56,329 bases of DNA from Armatimonadia bacterium (lineage in GTDB: Bacteria > Armatimonadota > Zipacnadia > Zipacnadales > UBA11051). A program made the position numbers and the translations under genes. The notes beneath the pieces are model-generated. The model saw nothing but the letters and a program-made list of their open reading frames with translations. It was not told where the DNA came from and searched no databases. The stretch is taken from the NCBI GenBank assembly GCA_039683575.1, contig JBDKRC010000018.1, positions 1 to 56,329 on the forward strand, given 5' to 3'. This document shows positions 25,643-34,858 of the stretch, piece after piece. The stretch's first letter is position 1. Each line of letters begins with the position of its first letter.

Positions 25643-26884
25643 ATGCTCCTCGGTACCGCCTCCATCGATATTACACCTTCTATAGGCACTCTCATGGCCG
25701 GCGCTCTGCGGCCCCGAGCCTCGGTTGGCGTTGACGACCCGCTGTTGTGCAAAGCCATGGTACTCGGCAATGATGACACCCGTATTGCGCTCGTGACCCT
25801 CGATCTCATCGCCTGGACCAGAAAGCGCTCTGATCGTGCCCGCGCCACCATCGCCGCCCAGGCCGGGATACCCTCCGACCATGTGCTGGTCAACTGCTCC
25901 CACACTCACTCCGGACCGTATACTGATGAAAGCTTGTATCTGGCGGACGGAGATCTCGATGATGAGTACCTGGCGCGGGTCGAGACGGCGATTGGCGAGG
26001 CCGTCTGCAAGGCCGCGGCCGATATGAAGCCTGTCAGCGTTGGCACTGTGAAGACCAGCTTCGGGGGCGTGGCCCGCAATAGGCGGTTGCTACGGCCGGA
26101 TGGTTCGGCCATCAACGCATGGCTGGTCGGAGTCGAAGAGCGAGAGATTATGTCCCTTGCCGGGCCTACCGACGAGGACCTGATGGCGTGGGTGTTCTTC
26201 GCGGACAGCAAGCCAGTCGCAACCCTGTGGAACTACACCGTGCATGTGAACTCCCACTTCGGAACGAGCTTCTCGGCCGACTACCCCGGTCGCGTGGCAG
26301 CTGCCCTGCAGGAGACCTATGGCGCAGACTTCTTCACGCTATTCCTGCCGGGAACTTGCGGTGACATCAACCACACCGTGGGCTTTGAGCAGATAAGCCA
26401 GCGCCTCTCCGAAGCGATGAGGAACGTGGTGGCCCAGGCCAAGCCGGGCGACAGCGACGCCCTGGGGGCTTCCTGGCGGGAAGTCACCCTCGGGGTGCGT
26501 GACCGAGAGCCGTTCCAGGAGGCTGAGATTCGCGACAAGTGGCCAGACGGCTTTGATGTCTTTGAGAAAGAGGACAAACTGCTCAAAGCCGATCCGCAGG
26601 ATGAGGTCGTCACGGTCGTTCAGGCGCTGCGGATCGGTGACGGTGCCGTCGCGGGCACACCGGGCGAGACCTTCGCCCAGCTTGGGATCGACATCAAGCA
26701 GCGTTCACCCTTCGCGGTGACGGCCGCGGCGGAGCTCTGCAACGACATAGTCGGCTACATCCCAACTCTCGAAGCTTTCAAGCAGGGCGGATACGAGACT
26801 TTCCGCTCGCGCTGGGTCAGGGTCAAACCAGGCTCTGGCGAGAAGCTTGTCGATGAACTAGTGGATATGCTGGGCGACCTCTGA
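25643..26884 (+). CDS. Neutral/alkaline non-lysosomal ceramidase-like amidohydrolase
   Basis: Start reassigned to the ATG at 25643. Motifs IDITP, DPLLCKAMV, NCSHTHSGP, FSADYPG, GTCGDIN, PGETF, GYIPT...GGYE. Confidence 0.8.
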   Translation: MLLGTASIDITPSIGTLMAGALRPRASVGVDDPLLCKAMVLGNDDTRIALVTLDLIAWTRKRSDRARATIAAQAGIPSDHVLVNCSHTHSGPYTDESLYLADGDLDDEYLARVETAIGEAVCKAAADMKPVSVGTVKTSFGGVARNRRLLRPDGSAINAWLVGVEEREIMSLAGPTDEDLMAWVFFADSKPVATLWNYTVHVNSHFGTSFSADYPGRVAAALQETYGADFFTLFLPGTCGDINHTVGFEQISQRLSEAMRNVVAQAKPGDSDALGASWREVTLGVRDREPFQEAEIRDKWPDGFDVFEKEDKLLKADPQDEVVTVVQALRIGDGAVAGTPGETFAQLGIDIKQRSPFAVTAAAELCNDIVGYIPTLEAFKQGGYETFRSRWVRVKPGSGEKLVDELVDMLGDL

Positions 26885-26960
26885 CCGCCACCGAGGCGGC
26901 GAATAGGGGAGAGCAACGCCCCGTGCCGCCGCTCTGAATGACTTTCAATAAGGACCAACC

Positions 26961-29900
26961 ATGCGCCGACTCGCCTTGCTCCTGATAGCTCTCAGCCTCT
27001 CTCTGCTGGCCCGTGCCGCCTCGCCGGCCCTTGACGGCACTTCGGCGGCGGCCTGGAAGCCCGCTACCGGTTGGGTCTCCAAGGCCCCAGCCAGTTACGG
27101 GGTTACCAACGAGAACGGCGCCCTGGTCTTCTCAGCCGAAGGCGCCGGAACCGAGATGCCCTGGCTGATCAACCTCGACAATCTGGGCATCAGCGGGGAC
27201 GAGCGCTACGTACTCGTGCGCTACAAGGCCAAGGGTCTGTCCACCGGCCCCGGCATCTACTTCCTGCATGGGGAAGAGGGCACGAGGGGCGGTTTGGCCT
27301 ACGCGCTGGCCAGCGACCTCAAGCCCGATGGAGAATGGCACACGCTCGCCGTGGACCTGCTGGCTGTCGGCCCACTCGAAGTGACCCACAACCTCGCGCT
27401 CAAGGTCTTTGTGGACGCCAGCGGCAGCACGCGCCTTGAGATCAGCAAGCTGTGGTTCGCCAACGAACTCCCCGCCGACGCGACGATGGCGCGAGCGCCC
27501 AGTCAGCGCCCGCTGGAGACTGTGCAGGTGAACTGGCCGAGCCGCAACGTGGCGCCCCAGACCGGGTGGACGACCTCGCCCGCTGACGACTACTCCGCCA
27601 CGCTGGACGGCAAAACGATGACCTTCACCGTCCGCGGGCATGCAAAGGGCATGCGCTGGCTGACTGCTCTACCGAAACCGCTCGATCTGGGTAGGATGCC
27701 GTACCTTTCTCTACGCTACAAGGCCAGCGGCAGCCTCGCCCCGACCACGTACGCTATCTGGCTCGGCGACCGGGAGAGCGGCAGCGGCGGGAATTCGGTG
27801 GTCGCCCTGCCTCCCACCGCCCTCAAAGCTGACGGCGCATGGCACACCGTCACTGTTAAGCTGCAGAAGACCTTCACCGCCACCCATCTCGCGGTGGGTA
27901 TCGACAGTTCGGGAGACGCCGCCAGTCTGACCTTTGACACCGTCACCTTCGGCTCGCGGCCGCCTCGCTGGTCGCTGGCCGAGGTGTTGGACTTCAGGTA
28001 TGGCACCGACCGATGGCCCGGCGGTCAGGGACCCCATGCCATCACCGGCGGTAGCGCCTCGCCCTTCCTGGGCCAGCGCCTGGGCCTCAGCGACTGGTTC
28101 ACCCAGTCGCAGGTCACGGTCCAGGGCATACCCTTTACAGTCCCCACCGATCCATCCCGTGTCTCCCAGACCTCGACCTCCAATTTCGACGAGCTCTCGC
28201 TGAAAGTGGCGCCGGGAGTGCGTGAGATCTACCTCCTGACCGCCTGCGCCGCACCAGCAGGGGAGCCCTGGGGCGTGGACTGGCAGACGCCAAGGCCGAT
28301 GGAGATACTCGACGTACCTGAGAAGGTGTACTACGAGATTCGCTACACCAGCGGCCCGCCGGACCAGGTCCTGCCTCTCGACTTGGCGAGCGGCAAATGG
28401 GGCATGCGGCGGGGTCTGAGCGTGAATGTAGTCCACCCCGACCCGGCGCGGCAGGTATCTGAACTGGTGCTGTGTGATCGCATGCAGACGGCCGGCTTTG
28501 CCATAGTCGGAGTAACGATGCTGAAGGAGAAGCCACGTGTGGTCGAGCCCTCGTGGCAGGCGCTGACATACCCAACCCCGCCCGCGAAGGCATTGGCGGG
28601 CACGCGGCCCGCGGCGCAGCCCTCTGCTGCCGAGCCCGTTGTCGCTGCTGACGTCCTGCAGGCCTCTTTCAGCGCCAAGAGCGGCCTGACGTGGGCCACT
28701 CTCGGCATTCCCAGCCTCAGTAATGCCCTGACGTGCGCTGCCGGACCGGTCTTCGAGGTTCGCTCTGGCGGTAAGCTATTGCCTGCGGCGGACTGGACGC
28801 TCGAGAAGATGGAGCCGACCGGCAAGGGCCGACGCTTTGTGCTGCATAACCAGGCCGCCAGCCTCGGCGCCGAGGTCGAATGTGTCCCCGGCAAGGGCAA
28901 CGAGTTGCTCCTGCGCATGAGTCTGACCAACGAGGGCACTGCCCCGACCACCGCGACGTTGATGTTCCCGGTCCTGCGGGGGCTATGCCTGGGCAGCGCC
29001 GAAGACACCTGGTACCTGAGCGGCAAACGCGGCGGCATCATCAACTCCGCGAACGCCAGCTTCCGCGATGCCCTCGGCGAAAACCACCCCCTGCAGATGG
29101 ATGGCTTCTTCAACCCGAAGTCCGGCGTGGCCCTCGCCTGCTTGACCCACGATACTGTCGCCCAGCACCATTTCCGCAACCTTGCCAAGGGCAACGAGGG
29201 CGGCTCCTGGTCGATTGAGTATCTTGACCGCGACCTCGCGCCGGGGAAAGGCTTCACCGCCACTGAGGCGGCTCTGGTGCTGCGTGAGGGCGACTGGCGG
29301 GCGATTTTCGCCGCCTACGATGAGTGGTTGCAGACGTGGTTCAAGCCCGCCGCCCCGCGCAAGCCCTGGTTCGAGAAGACCTTCGCTACGGTCAGCGGCA
29401 ATGCCCATTACGACGTCGTCGCCGATCCCAAGGTGCGGGGCAACGTCCAGCGCCTCGTGGACACCATGAACAAGTACATCGGCCCCTGCGACTATGTGCA
29501 TCTGTTTGGGTGGGGAGCCTCGAAGCAATACGGAGACTGGGGCGACTACATCCACTACGAGGAAGTCGGCGGGCTTGAGTACTTCCGCGGCAACATCCAG
29601 AAGATGCAGCAGCGGGGCCCGGCCGTCAGCCTCTACCTCGACGGTTTCCTGAGCAGTGAGAAGGGGCAAGTGGCGGGTGCGCATGCCAAAGAATGGGCCA
29701 TGAAGCGCCCTGACGGCTCGCCACAGTTCGTGCCGGAGTACCAGTCCTACGATGAGTGTCCCTACATGGAGGGCTGGCGCAAGCATCTGGCGGATACCTA
29801 TGCTAAGGTCCAGAAGGACCTTAGTCCGAAGATCATGTACATCGATGAGATCGGGGCGACCGACGGGCGGTGGACGTGCTGGGCCAAGGATCACGGCCAC

Positions 29901-30578
29901 AACGGGCATGAGATCCCGTACGCGGGCGAAGTGGAGTTGCTGAAGGGCATTCGCCAGGCGGTTGGCCCGGACGTCGTGCTCTACACCGAATACCCGCCCG
30001 CTGAGGTCAGCCGCCAGTACACGGACGGCTCGATCACCTACCAGGCGCTCTGGAGCGCCGACCAGGAGCCCCTGGCCCCGCACTTCATCGATCTGCCGCG
30101 TTTCGCCTTCCCCGACTTCAAGCAGCTCCACATCATCTACTACGTCGGGACCCGAGCGGGGAACTGGTGGCTGCTGAAGTACCCATTCTTCAACGGCGAA
30201 GTGTACCGGATCGGCGAGCCGAACCTGCCGGGCATGGACGCTCCTTCCCATGAGTTTCTGAAGCGCGCAGTGCTAACCCAGTGCGCCCACCGCGAGGCCT
30301 TTGCCTCGCCCAACGTGCAGCCGCTCGTGCCGACCGAGGTCGCCGGCGTCTTCGCCAACCGCTTCTCGTCGGCGGGGGAGAACCTCTGGACGCTGTACAA
30401 CGCCAATGGGCGCAGCGTCCGCACACCCGTGCTGAGCGTCAAGCATGCTCCGGGCGCAACCTACGAAGACGCCTGGAACGGCCGGAAGCTGACGCCGAAG
30501 ATCGTTGACGGCCGCGCAGAGCTGGCCGTCGAACTAGGCCCCAAGGGCGTCGGCTGCGTGGTGCAGAAGCTGCGGTAG
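26961..30578 (+). CDS. Large secreted glycoside-hydrolase-like protein (tandem CBM-like N-terminal domains, DUF6259-like barrel)
   Basis: Signal peptide, duplicated N-terminal module (PDGEWHTLAVDL / ADGAWHTVTVKL), barrel with GDWR....Y..W, MYIDEIG and LYTEYP. The family assignment is from memory of motifs only. Confidence 0.6.
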   Translation: MRRLALLLIALSLSLLARAASPALDGTSAAAWKPATGWVSKAPASYGVTNENGALVFSAEGAGTEMPWLINLDNLGISGDERYVLVRYKAKGLSTGPGIYFLHGEEGTRGGLAYALASDLKPDGEWHTLAVDLLAVGPLEVTHNLALKVFVDASGSTRLEISKLWFANELPADATMARAPSQRPLETVQVNWPSRNVAPQTGWTTSPADDYSATLDGKTMTFTVRGHAKGMRWLTALPKPLDLGRMPYLSLRYKASGSLAPTTYAIWLGDRESGSGGNSVVALPPTALKADGAWHTVTVKLQKTFTATHLAVGIDSSGDAASLTFDTVTFGSRPPRWSLAEVLDFRYGTDRWPGGQGPHAITGGSASPFLGQRLGLSDWFTQSQVTVQGIPFTVPTDPSRVSQTSTSNFDELSLKVAPGVREIYLLTACAAPAGEPWGVDWQTPRPMEILDVPEKVYYEIRYTSGPPDQVLPLDLASGKWGMRRGLSVNVVHPDPARQVSELVLCDRMQTAGFAIVGVTMLKEKPRVVEPSWQALTYPTPPAKALAGTRPAAQPSAAEPVVAADVLQASFSAKSGLTWATLGIPSLSNALTCAAGPVFEVRSGGKLLPAADWTLEKMEPTGKGRRFVLHNQAASLGAEVECVPGKGNELLLRMSLTNEGTAPTTATLMFPVLRGLCLGSAEDTWYLSGKRGGIINSANASFRDALGENHPLQMDGFFNPKSGVALACLTHDTVAQHHFRNLAKGNEGGSWSIEYLDRDLAPGKGFTATEAALVLREGDWRAIFAAYDEWLQTWFKPAAPRKPWFEKTFATVSGNAHYDVVADPKVRGNVQRLVDTMNKYIGPCDYVHLFGWGASKQYGDWGDYIHYEEVGGLEYFRGNIQKMQQRGPAVSLYLDGFLSSEKGQVAGAHAKEWAMKRPDGSPQFVPEYQSYDECPYMEGWRKHLADTYAKVQKDLSPKIMYIDEIGATDGRWTCWAKDHGHNGHEIPYAGEVELLKGIRQAVGPDVVLYTEYPPAEVSRQYTDGSITYQALWSADQEPLAPHFIDLPRFAFPDFKQLHIIYYVGTRAGNWWLLKYPFFNGEVYRIGEPNLPGMDAPSHEFLKRAVLTQCAHREAFASPNVQPLVPTEVAGVFANRFSSAGENLWTLYNANGRSVRTPVLSVKHAPGATYEDAWNGRKLTPKIVDGRAELAVELGPKGVGCVVQKLR

Positions 30579-30604
30579 GCCCCCTCTCTGATCCAGAATA
30601 GTGC

Positions 30605-30650
30605 TTGACATGTTTCGATGTTGTATTATGATATACGCATATTCGGATAT
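30605..30650 (+). promoter_or_regulatory. Sigma70 promoter and downstream palindromic ArsR-type operator
   Basis: TTGACA (30605-30610), 16-bp spacer, TATGAT (30627-30632). Palindrome ATATACGCAT|ATTCGGATAT (30631-30650) matches at 8 of 10 positions. Confidence 0.7.
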
Positions 30651-30669
30651 AAGAATATGGAGGCCTGTG

Positions 30670-31017
30670 ATGTCGCAGGTGGAGAAAGCGGCGGAACTGC
30701 TGCAGGCGGTATCAGATGTGAATCGCCTGCGGATCCTCAAGTGTCTGCAAGCGCGGTCGGCTTGCGTCTGTGAGCTTGTGCAGGCTACCGGCATCCCGCA
30801 GCCGCGGGTGTCGCGGCACCTGGGGATCTTGCGCAATGCTGGTCTGGTGAGAACTTCGCGGGACGGGCAGTGGGTTGAGTGTGCGTGCGTGGGAGACGAG
30901 GCCTCGCCGCAGGTGCGGGCGTTGCTGGATTTCGTGGTGAACTGGGTGGAAGACACGGATGAGGTGGTGCTCGATCGGCAGCGGCTCGATCGGGCCACCC
31001 GCCAGGCGGCGAGCTAG
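30670..31017 (+). CDS. arsR: Second ArsR/SmtB family repressor
   Basis: RBS GGAGG before the ATG at 30670. AVSDVNRLRIL, ACVCEL, QPRVSRHLGILRNAGLV. Confidence 0.85.
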   Translation: MSQVEKAAELLQAVSDVNRLRILKCLQARSACVCELVQATGIPQPRVSRHLGILRNAGLVRTSRDGQWVECACVGDEASPQVRALLDFVVNWVEDTDEVVLDRQRLDRATRQAAS

Positions 31018-31030
31018 AAGGTGATCTGCA

Positions 31031-32122
31031 GTGGATAAGGATGCTGAAAAGAGCTGTTGCTGTGCCACGAGTTGCTGCAAGGGGGAGCAGAGCCAAGCCA
31101 ATGGCGACCTGTGGCGGCGACAGCTGTTGATGATAGGGATTGGCCTGCCTCTGTGGGTGCTGCTGTACTGGCAACTGCGGAATCTGGCCAACCTCTTTGT
31201 CTTTGGAGTGCTGGGGCTGCAGCCAAACACGCACCTGGGCGAGGCGGTCGCCTTCTTCGTGTTCGACGCCCCCAAGGTGCTCATGCTCCTGACGCTGATC
31301 GTCTTCGCGATCGGCATCGTGAACACGTTCTTCACCCCGGAGCGTACACGGGCGATGCTCGCGGGTAAGCGCGAGTCGGTGGGCAACGTGCTGGCGGCGT
31401 GTCTTGGCATCGTGACGCCGTTTTGTAGTTGCTCGGCGGTGCCGCTGTTCATCGGCTTCGTGCAGGTTGGCGTCCCGCTTGGCGTAACGCTCTCCTTCCT
31501 GATCGCCGCGCCTATGGTCAATGAGGTGGCGCTGGTGTTGCTGTTCGGGCTGGTGGGTTGGCAAGTGGCGCTCGCCTACCTGATTACCGGACTGGTGATA
31601 GCCATCGTCTCAGGCTGGGTCATCGGTCGTCTGCATCTGGAGAAGTGGGTGGAGGACTGGGTCTATGAACTGCAGGTAGGGGCTGGTGAGGCTGAGGAGC
31701 GCCTGACATGGTCTGGGCGCGTTCAGCAGGGCCTTGAAGCCGTGCGTGACATCGTGGGACGGGTGTGGCCGTACGTTGTGATCGGTGTGGGCGTCGGTGC
31801 AGGCATCCACGGCTATGTGCCTGAAGGCGCTCTGGCGGCCATCATGGGTCGCGGGGCATGGTGGTCAGTGCCGCTGGCGGTACTACTGGGCATTCCGATG
31901 TACTCCAATGCCGCCGGTATCATCCCGGTGGTGGAGACGCTGCTGGCCAAGGGAGCGGCGCTCGGTACCGTCCTCGCCTTCATGATGGCCGTAATCGGCC
32001 TGTCATTACCGGAGGGGATCATCCTGCGGAAAGTCCTCAAGCCCAAGCTGATCGCAGTCTTTTTCGGGGTGGTCGGCGGCGGCATTCTGCTCGTGGGCTT
32101 GCTGTTCAACGCCATCTGGTAG
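31031..32122 (+). CDS. arsP: ArsP (DUF318) family permease
   Basis: Multiple TM helices, TPFCSCSAVPLF, GIPMYSNAAG, LSLPEGIILRKV. Cys-rich N-terminus. Confidence 0.85.
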   Translation: MDKDAEKSCCCATSCCKGEQSQANGDLWRRQLLMIGIGLPLWVLLYWQLRNLANLFVFGVLGLQPNTHLGEAVAFFVFDAPKVLMLLTLIVFAIGIVNTFFTPERTRAMLAGKRESVGNVLAACLGIVTPFCSCSAVPLFIGFVQVGVPLGVTLSFLIAAPMVNEVALVLLFGLVGWQVALAYLITGLVIAIVSGWVIGRLHLEKWVEDWVYELQVGAGEAEERLTWSGRVQQGLEAVRDIVGRVWPYVVIGVGVGAGIHGYVPEGALAAIMGRGAWWSVPLAVLLGIPMYSNAAGIIPVVETLLAKGAALGTVLAFMMAVIGLSLPEGIILRKVLKPKLIAVFFGVVGGGILLVGLLFNAIW

Positions 32123-32201
32123 CCCACAGCGAGGGGAAAGCCGCGCCACTGCCGAACCTCCAGCCTCGTCTGCGAATGGGTCATGTCTGGAGGAACCGTC
32201 C

Positions 32202-33986
32202 GTGAGTACGCGAGAAGCGTCTGCCGCTATAGCCCGCCCCAAGGCACTTGTAGTTCTCGCGGTGAACCCAGTGGTCCTCACCCCCGCCGCTGAGGGCCAC
32301 TGGTTCCTGGATTTTGGCCGCGCCGCTTTCGGCACCATTGAGCTGGACGTGGAATGCCCGTCTGCGACCGTGCTGGAAGTAGACCTTGGGGAGCGGCTCT
32401 CATCCCCCGGTGTCATAGACCGCGACCCTCCCGGCTGTGTCCGCTACCGGCATCTGAAGGTATCCGTGTCAGCCGGACGCCAGACGGTTCGCGTCGTAAT
32501 CCCTCCAGATGCCCAGAACACCGCTCCCGCGGCCATCCGCATGCCTGCGGACCTGTTTGAAGTCCTCCCCTTCAGGTATGCCGAAGTCCATGCCCCCGAC
32601 GCCTCGGTCAAGCTGCACGCCGCCACGCAGTTGGCTGTCAACTACCCCTTCGACGAGACCGCCGCCGCTTTCAGTTGCTCCGACGACCGCCTCAACCGCG
32701 TCTGGGAGCTGTGCCGCTATAGCATCCAGGCCACCTCGTTTTGCGGCGTATATGTGGACGGCGACCGCGAGCGCATCCCCTACGAGGGCGACGCCTACCT
32801 CAACCAGCTAAGCCACTATGCTGTGGACAGCGAGTACGAACTCGCCCGGCACTCGCTGGAATATCTGCTGTTCCACCCCACCTGGCCGACCGAGTGGGCG
32901 CTGCACTGCGTTCCAATGGCGTGGGCCGACTACGAGTACACTGGGGACACGGCCTTGCTGGAGACGTACTACGAGGTATTGCGGGAGAAGACGCTGCTTG
33001 CCCTGGCCCGCGAGGATGGCCTGATAAGTACCATGACCGGCCTCGTCACCGATGACTTCCTGCGCCGAATGCGGCTGAGCACCATGCAGGACCTCGTGGA
33101 CTGGCCCCCTGCCAATCCCGCCGCGGGCGTTCCCGGCGAGCGTGATGGCTACGACATGGTGCCGGTGAAGACCGTCGTGAATGCCTTTCACTGCTGGAAT
33201 CTCGACCTATTCGCGCGCGTTGCCGGGGTGCTGGGCCGCGAAGAGGACCGTATCTTTTTCACGCGGCGGCACCGACAGGTGGCAGAGAACCTGCAGCGCG
33301 TGTGTTTCGACGCCAGTCGTGGGATTTACGTGGACGGCGAAGGTTCAGAGCACGCCTCGCTGCATGCCAACATGCTGCCGGCGGCGTTCGGGCTGGTCTC
33401 GCCCGAGCATCGGGCCACGGTGACCGCCTTCCTGCGCTCCCGGGGCATGGCCTGTAGCGTCTACGGCGCGCAGTTCCTGCTGGAGGCCCTTTACCGCCTC
33501 GGGGACGCCAGTCACGCTCTATCTCTCATGACCGCGGAACGCGACCGCGGCTGGCTGCACATGCTTGAACTGGGCTCCACCATCACCCTCGAGGCCTGGG
33601 ATGTGCGCTACAAGGCCAACCTGGACTGGAATCACGCCTGGGGGGCGGCCCCGGCCAACATCATCCCCCGGTGCCTGATGGGAGTGCGCCCGGCAGAGCC
33701 CGGCTTCCGCTCAATACTCATCGCTCCCCAACCGGCAGACCTGCAGTGGGCCAAGTCCAGAGTTCCGACGCCGCATGGCCCTGTGCTCGTTGAGATCGAG
33801 CAGCAACCCTCCCACGCGCAGGTAAAAGTGACCGTCCCGGGCGGCTGCAAAGCTACTGTAGACCTCACAGGGATGGTCCCCGCTGACTGCGCTGTCACCG
33901 TGGATGGTAAGCCGCAGACCGTGCAGGCTTTGCGCGACAGCTCGCTCGAAGCAGGCCTGCACCATCTAGAAACCAAGGGCAGATGA
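32202..33986 (+). CDS. GH78-like alpha-L-rhamnosidase
   Basis: DFGRAAFG, VDGDRERIPYEGDAY, LVDWP, TITLEAW, WNHAWGAAP, VPTPHGPV. RBS GGAGG before a GTG start. No obvious signal peptide. Confidence 0.85.
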   Translation: MSTREASAAIARPKALVVLAVNPVVLTPAAEGHWFLDFGRAAFGTIELDVECPSATVLEVDLGERLSSPGVIDRDPPGCVRYRHLKVSVSAGRQTVRVVIPPDAQNTAPAAIRMPADLFEVLPFRYAEVHAPDASVKLHAATQLAVNYPFDETAAAFSCSDDRLNRVWELCRYSIQATSFCGVYVDGDRERIPYEGDAYLNQLSHYAVDSEYELARHSLEYLLFHPTWPTEWALHCVPMAWADYEYTGDTALLETYYEVLREKTLLALAREDGLISTMTGLVTDDFLRRMRLSTMQDLVDWPPANPAAGVPGERDGYDMVPVKTVVNAFHCWNLDLFARVAGVLGREEDRIFFTRRHRQVAENLQRVCFDASRGIYVDGEGSEHASLHANMLPAAFGLVSPEHRATVTAFLRSRGMACSVYGAQFLLEALYRLGDASHALSLMTAERDRGWLHMLELGSTITLEAWDVRYKANLDWNHAWGAAPANIIPRCLMGVRPAEPGFRSILIAPQPADLQWAKSRVPTPHGPVLVEIEQQPSHAQVKVTVPGGCKATVDLTGMVPADCAVTVDGKPQTVQALRDSSLEAGLHHLETKGR

Positions 33987-34004
33987 CCCAAACGCCCACA
34001 CGCC

Positions 34005-34044
34005 CAAAACAAGAACGCTCCCAACTGGGAGCGTTCTTGTTTTG
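34005..34044. terminator. Bidirectional rho-independent terminator
   Basis: Perfect 18-bp inverted repeat CAAAACAAGAACGCTCCC-AACT-GGGAGCGTTCTTGTTTTG with A/T tracts on both sides, between convergent genes. Confidence 0.88.
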
Positions 34045-34066
34045 TACCTGAGAAGCCTCGAGACAG

Positions 34067-34705
34067 CTACTGCAGCGTAGCGGGCTGGGCGGTCCAGCCG
34101 CTCCAGGACCGGTCCCTCATCTGGCTGGTCTTGACCCACTTGGCGTGGCCGTCGCAGAAGCCAACGTTGTTGCCTTCGTTGTGGCGTCCGGGAGTGGGAA
34201 TGCAGTTGTTTACATAGGGTGCTGGCTGCGAGCCGAGGTTGATGCACCGCAGTGAATACATGAAGTGCGTCCACTGGCCATCGTCGCGCTCCGCCTCGGC
34301 GAACATCAGGGCCTCGGAGGGCTGCTGAATGGACCCGAGGGACGCGCCGCGAGGACCGGTACCGCTGTCGGTGAAGAGGTTGTTCCAACTGACGCCATAG
34401 CCGATAGTATTGGGGCTGCTGGGGCAGCGGAAGATCTGCGTGTTCTTCACGTAAGGAGAGATGAAGTCATACCATAGGTAGTCGGATACGCCTGCGGTGT
34501 AGACGCGGTCCGGACACAGGCGCTCGTCATAGTCCTGCGCGTACTGCAGGAACGCCAAGAGCATCTGCTTCTCGTTGGATAGACAACTAGACTGCCGTGC
34601 CTTCTCACGGGCCTTGGCGAACACTGGGAACAGGATCGCGGCCAAAATGGCGATGATGGCGATGACAACCAGCAACTCGATCAGCGTGAACCCTCTTGTC
34701 CTCAT
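34067..34705 (-). CDS. Prepilin-type N-terminal cleavage/methylation protein with DUF1559 and H-X9-DG motif
   Basis: [71 protein letters not shown]. Confidence 0.93.
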   Translation of the reverse strand: MRTRGFTLIELLVVIAIIAILAAILFPVFAKAREKARQSSCLSNEKQMLLAFLQYAQDYDERLCPDRVYTAGVSDYLWYDFISPYVKNTQIFRCPSSPNTIGYGVSWNNLFTDSGTGPRGASLGSIQQPSEALMFAEAERDDGQWTHFMYSLRCINLGSQPAPYVNNCIPTPGRHNEGNNVGFCDGHAKWVKTSQMRDRSWSGWTAQPATLQ

Positions 34706-34858
34706 CTATTGCACCTCCGGTGGTTGGCGGCGTATATGGCCGTACCATTGTATTTCGGCGTGCGCGTGTGTTCTTCCTGTGCCTTGCATGAGCAATTGCC
34801 GCCATTTGTGGGCCATTGATGTCTTGCCAGTCAGACCGGCTTGATGAAGAACTGGGCC

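Noticed and set aside
16265-32122. Organoarsenical (arsinothricin-like) biosynthesis linking the radical SAM/NRPS genes with the ars genes
   Set aside because: The radical SAM enzyme is RaSEA-like rather than ArsL-like, there is no arsM or arsN, and unrelated genes separate the two groups.
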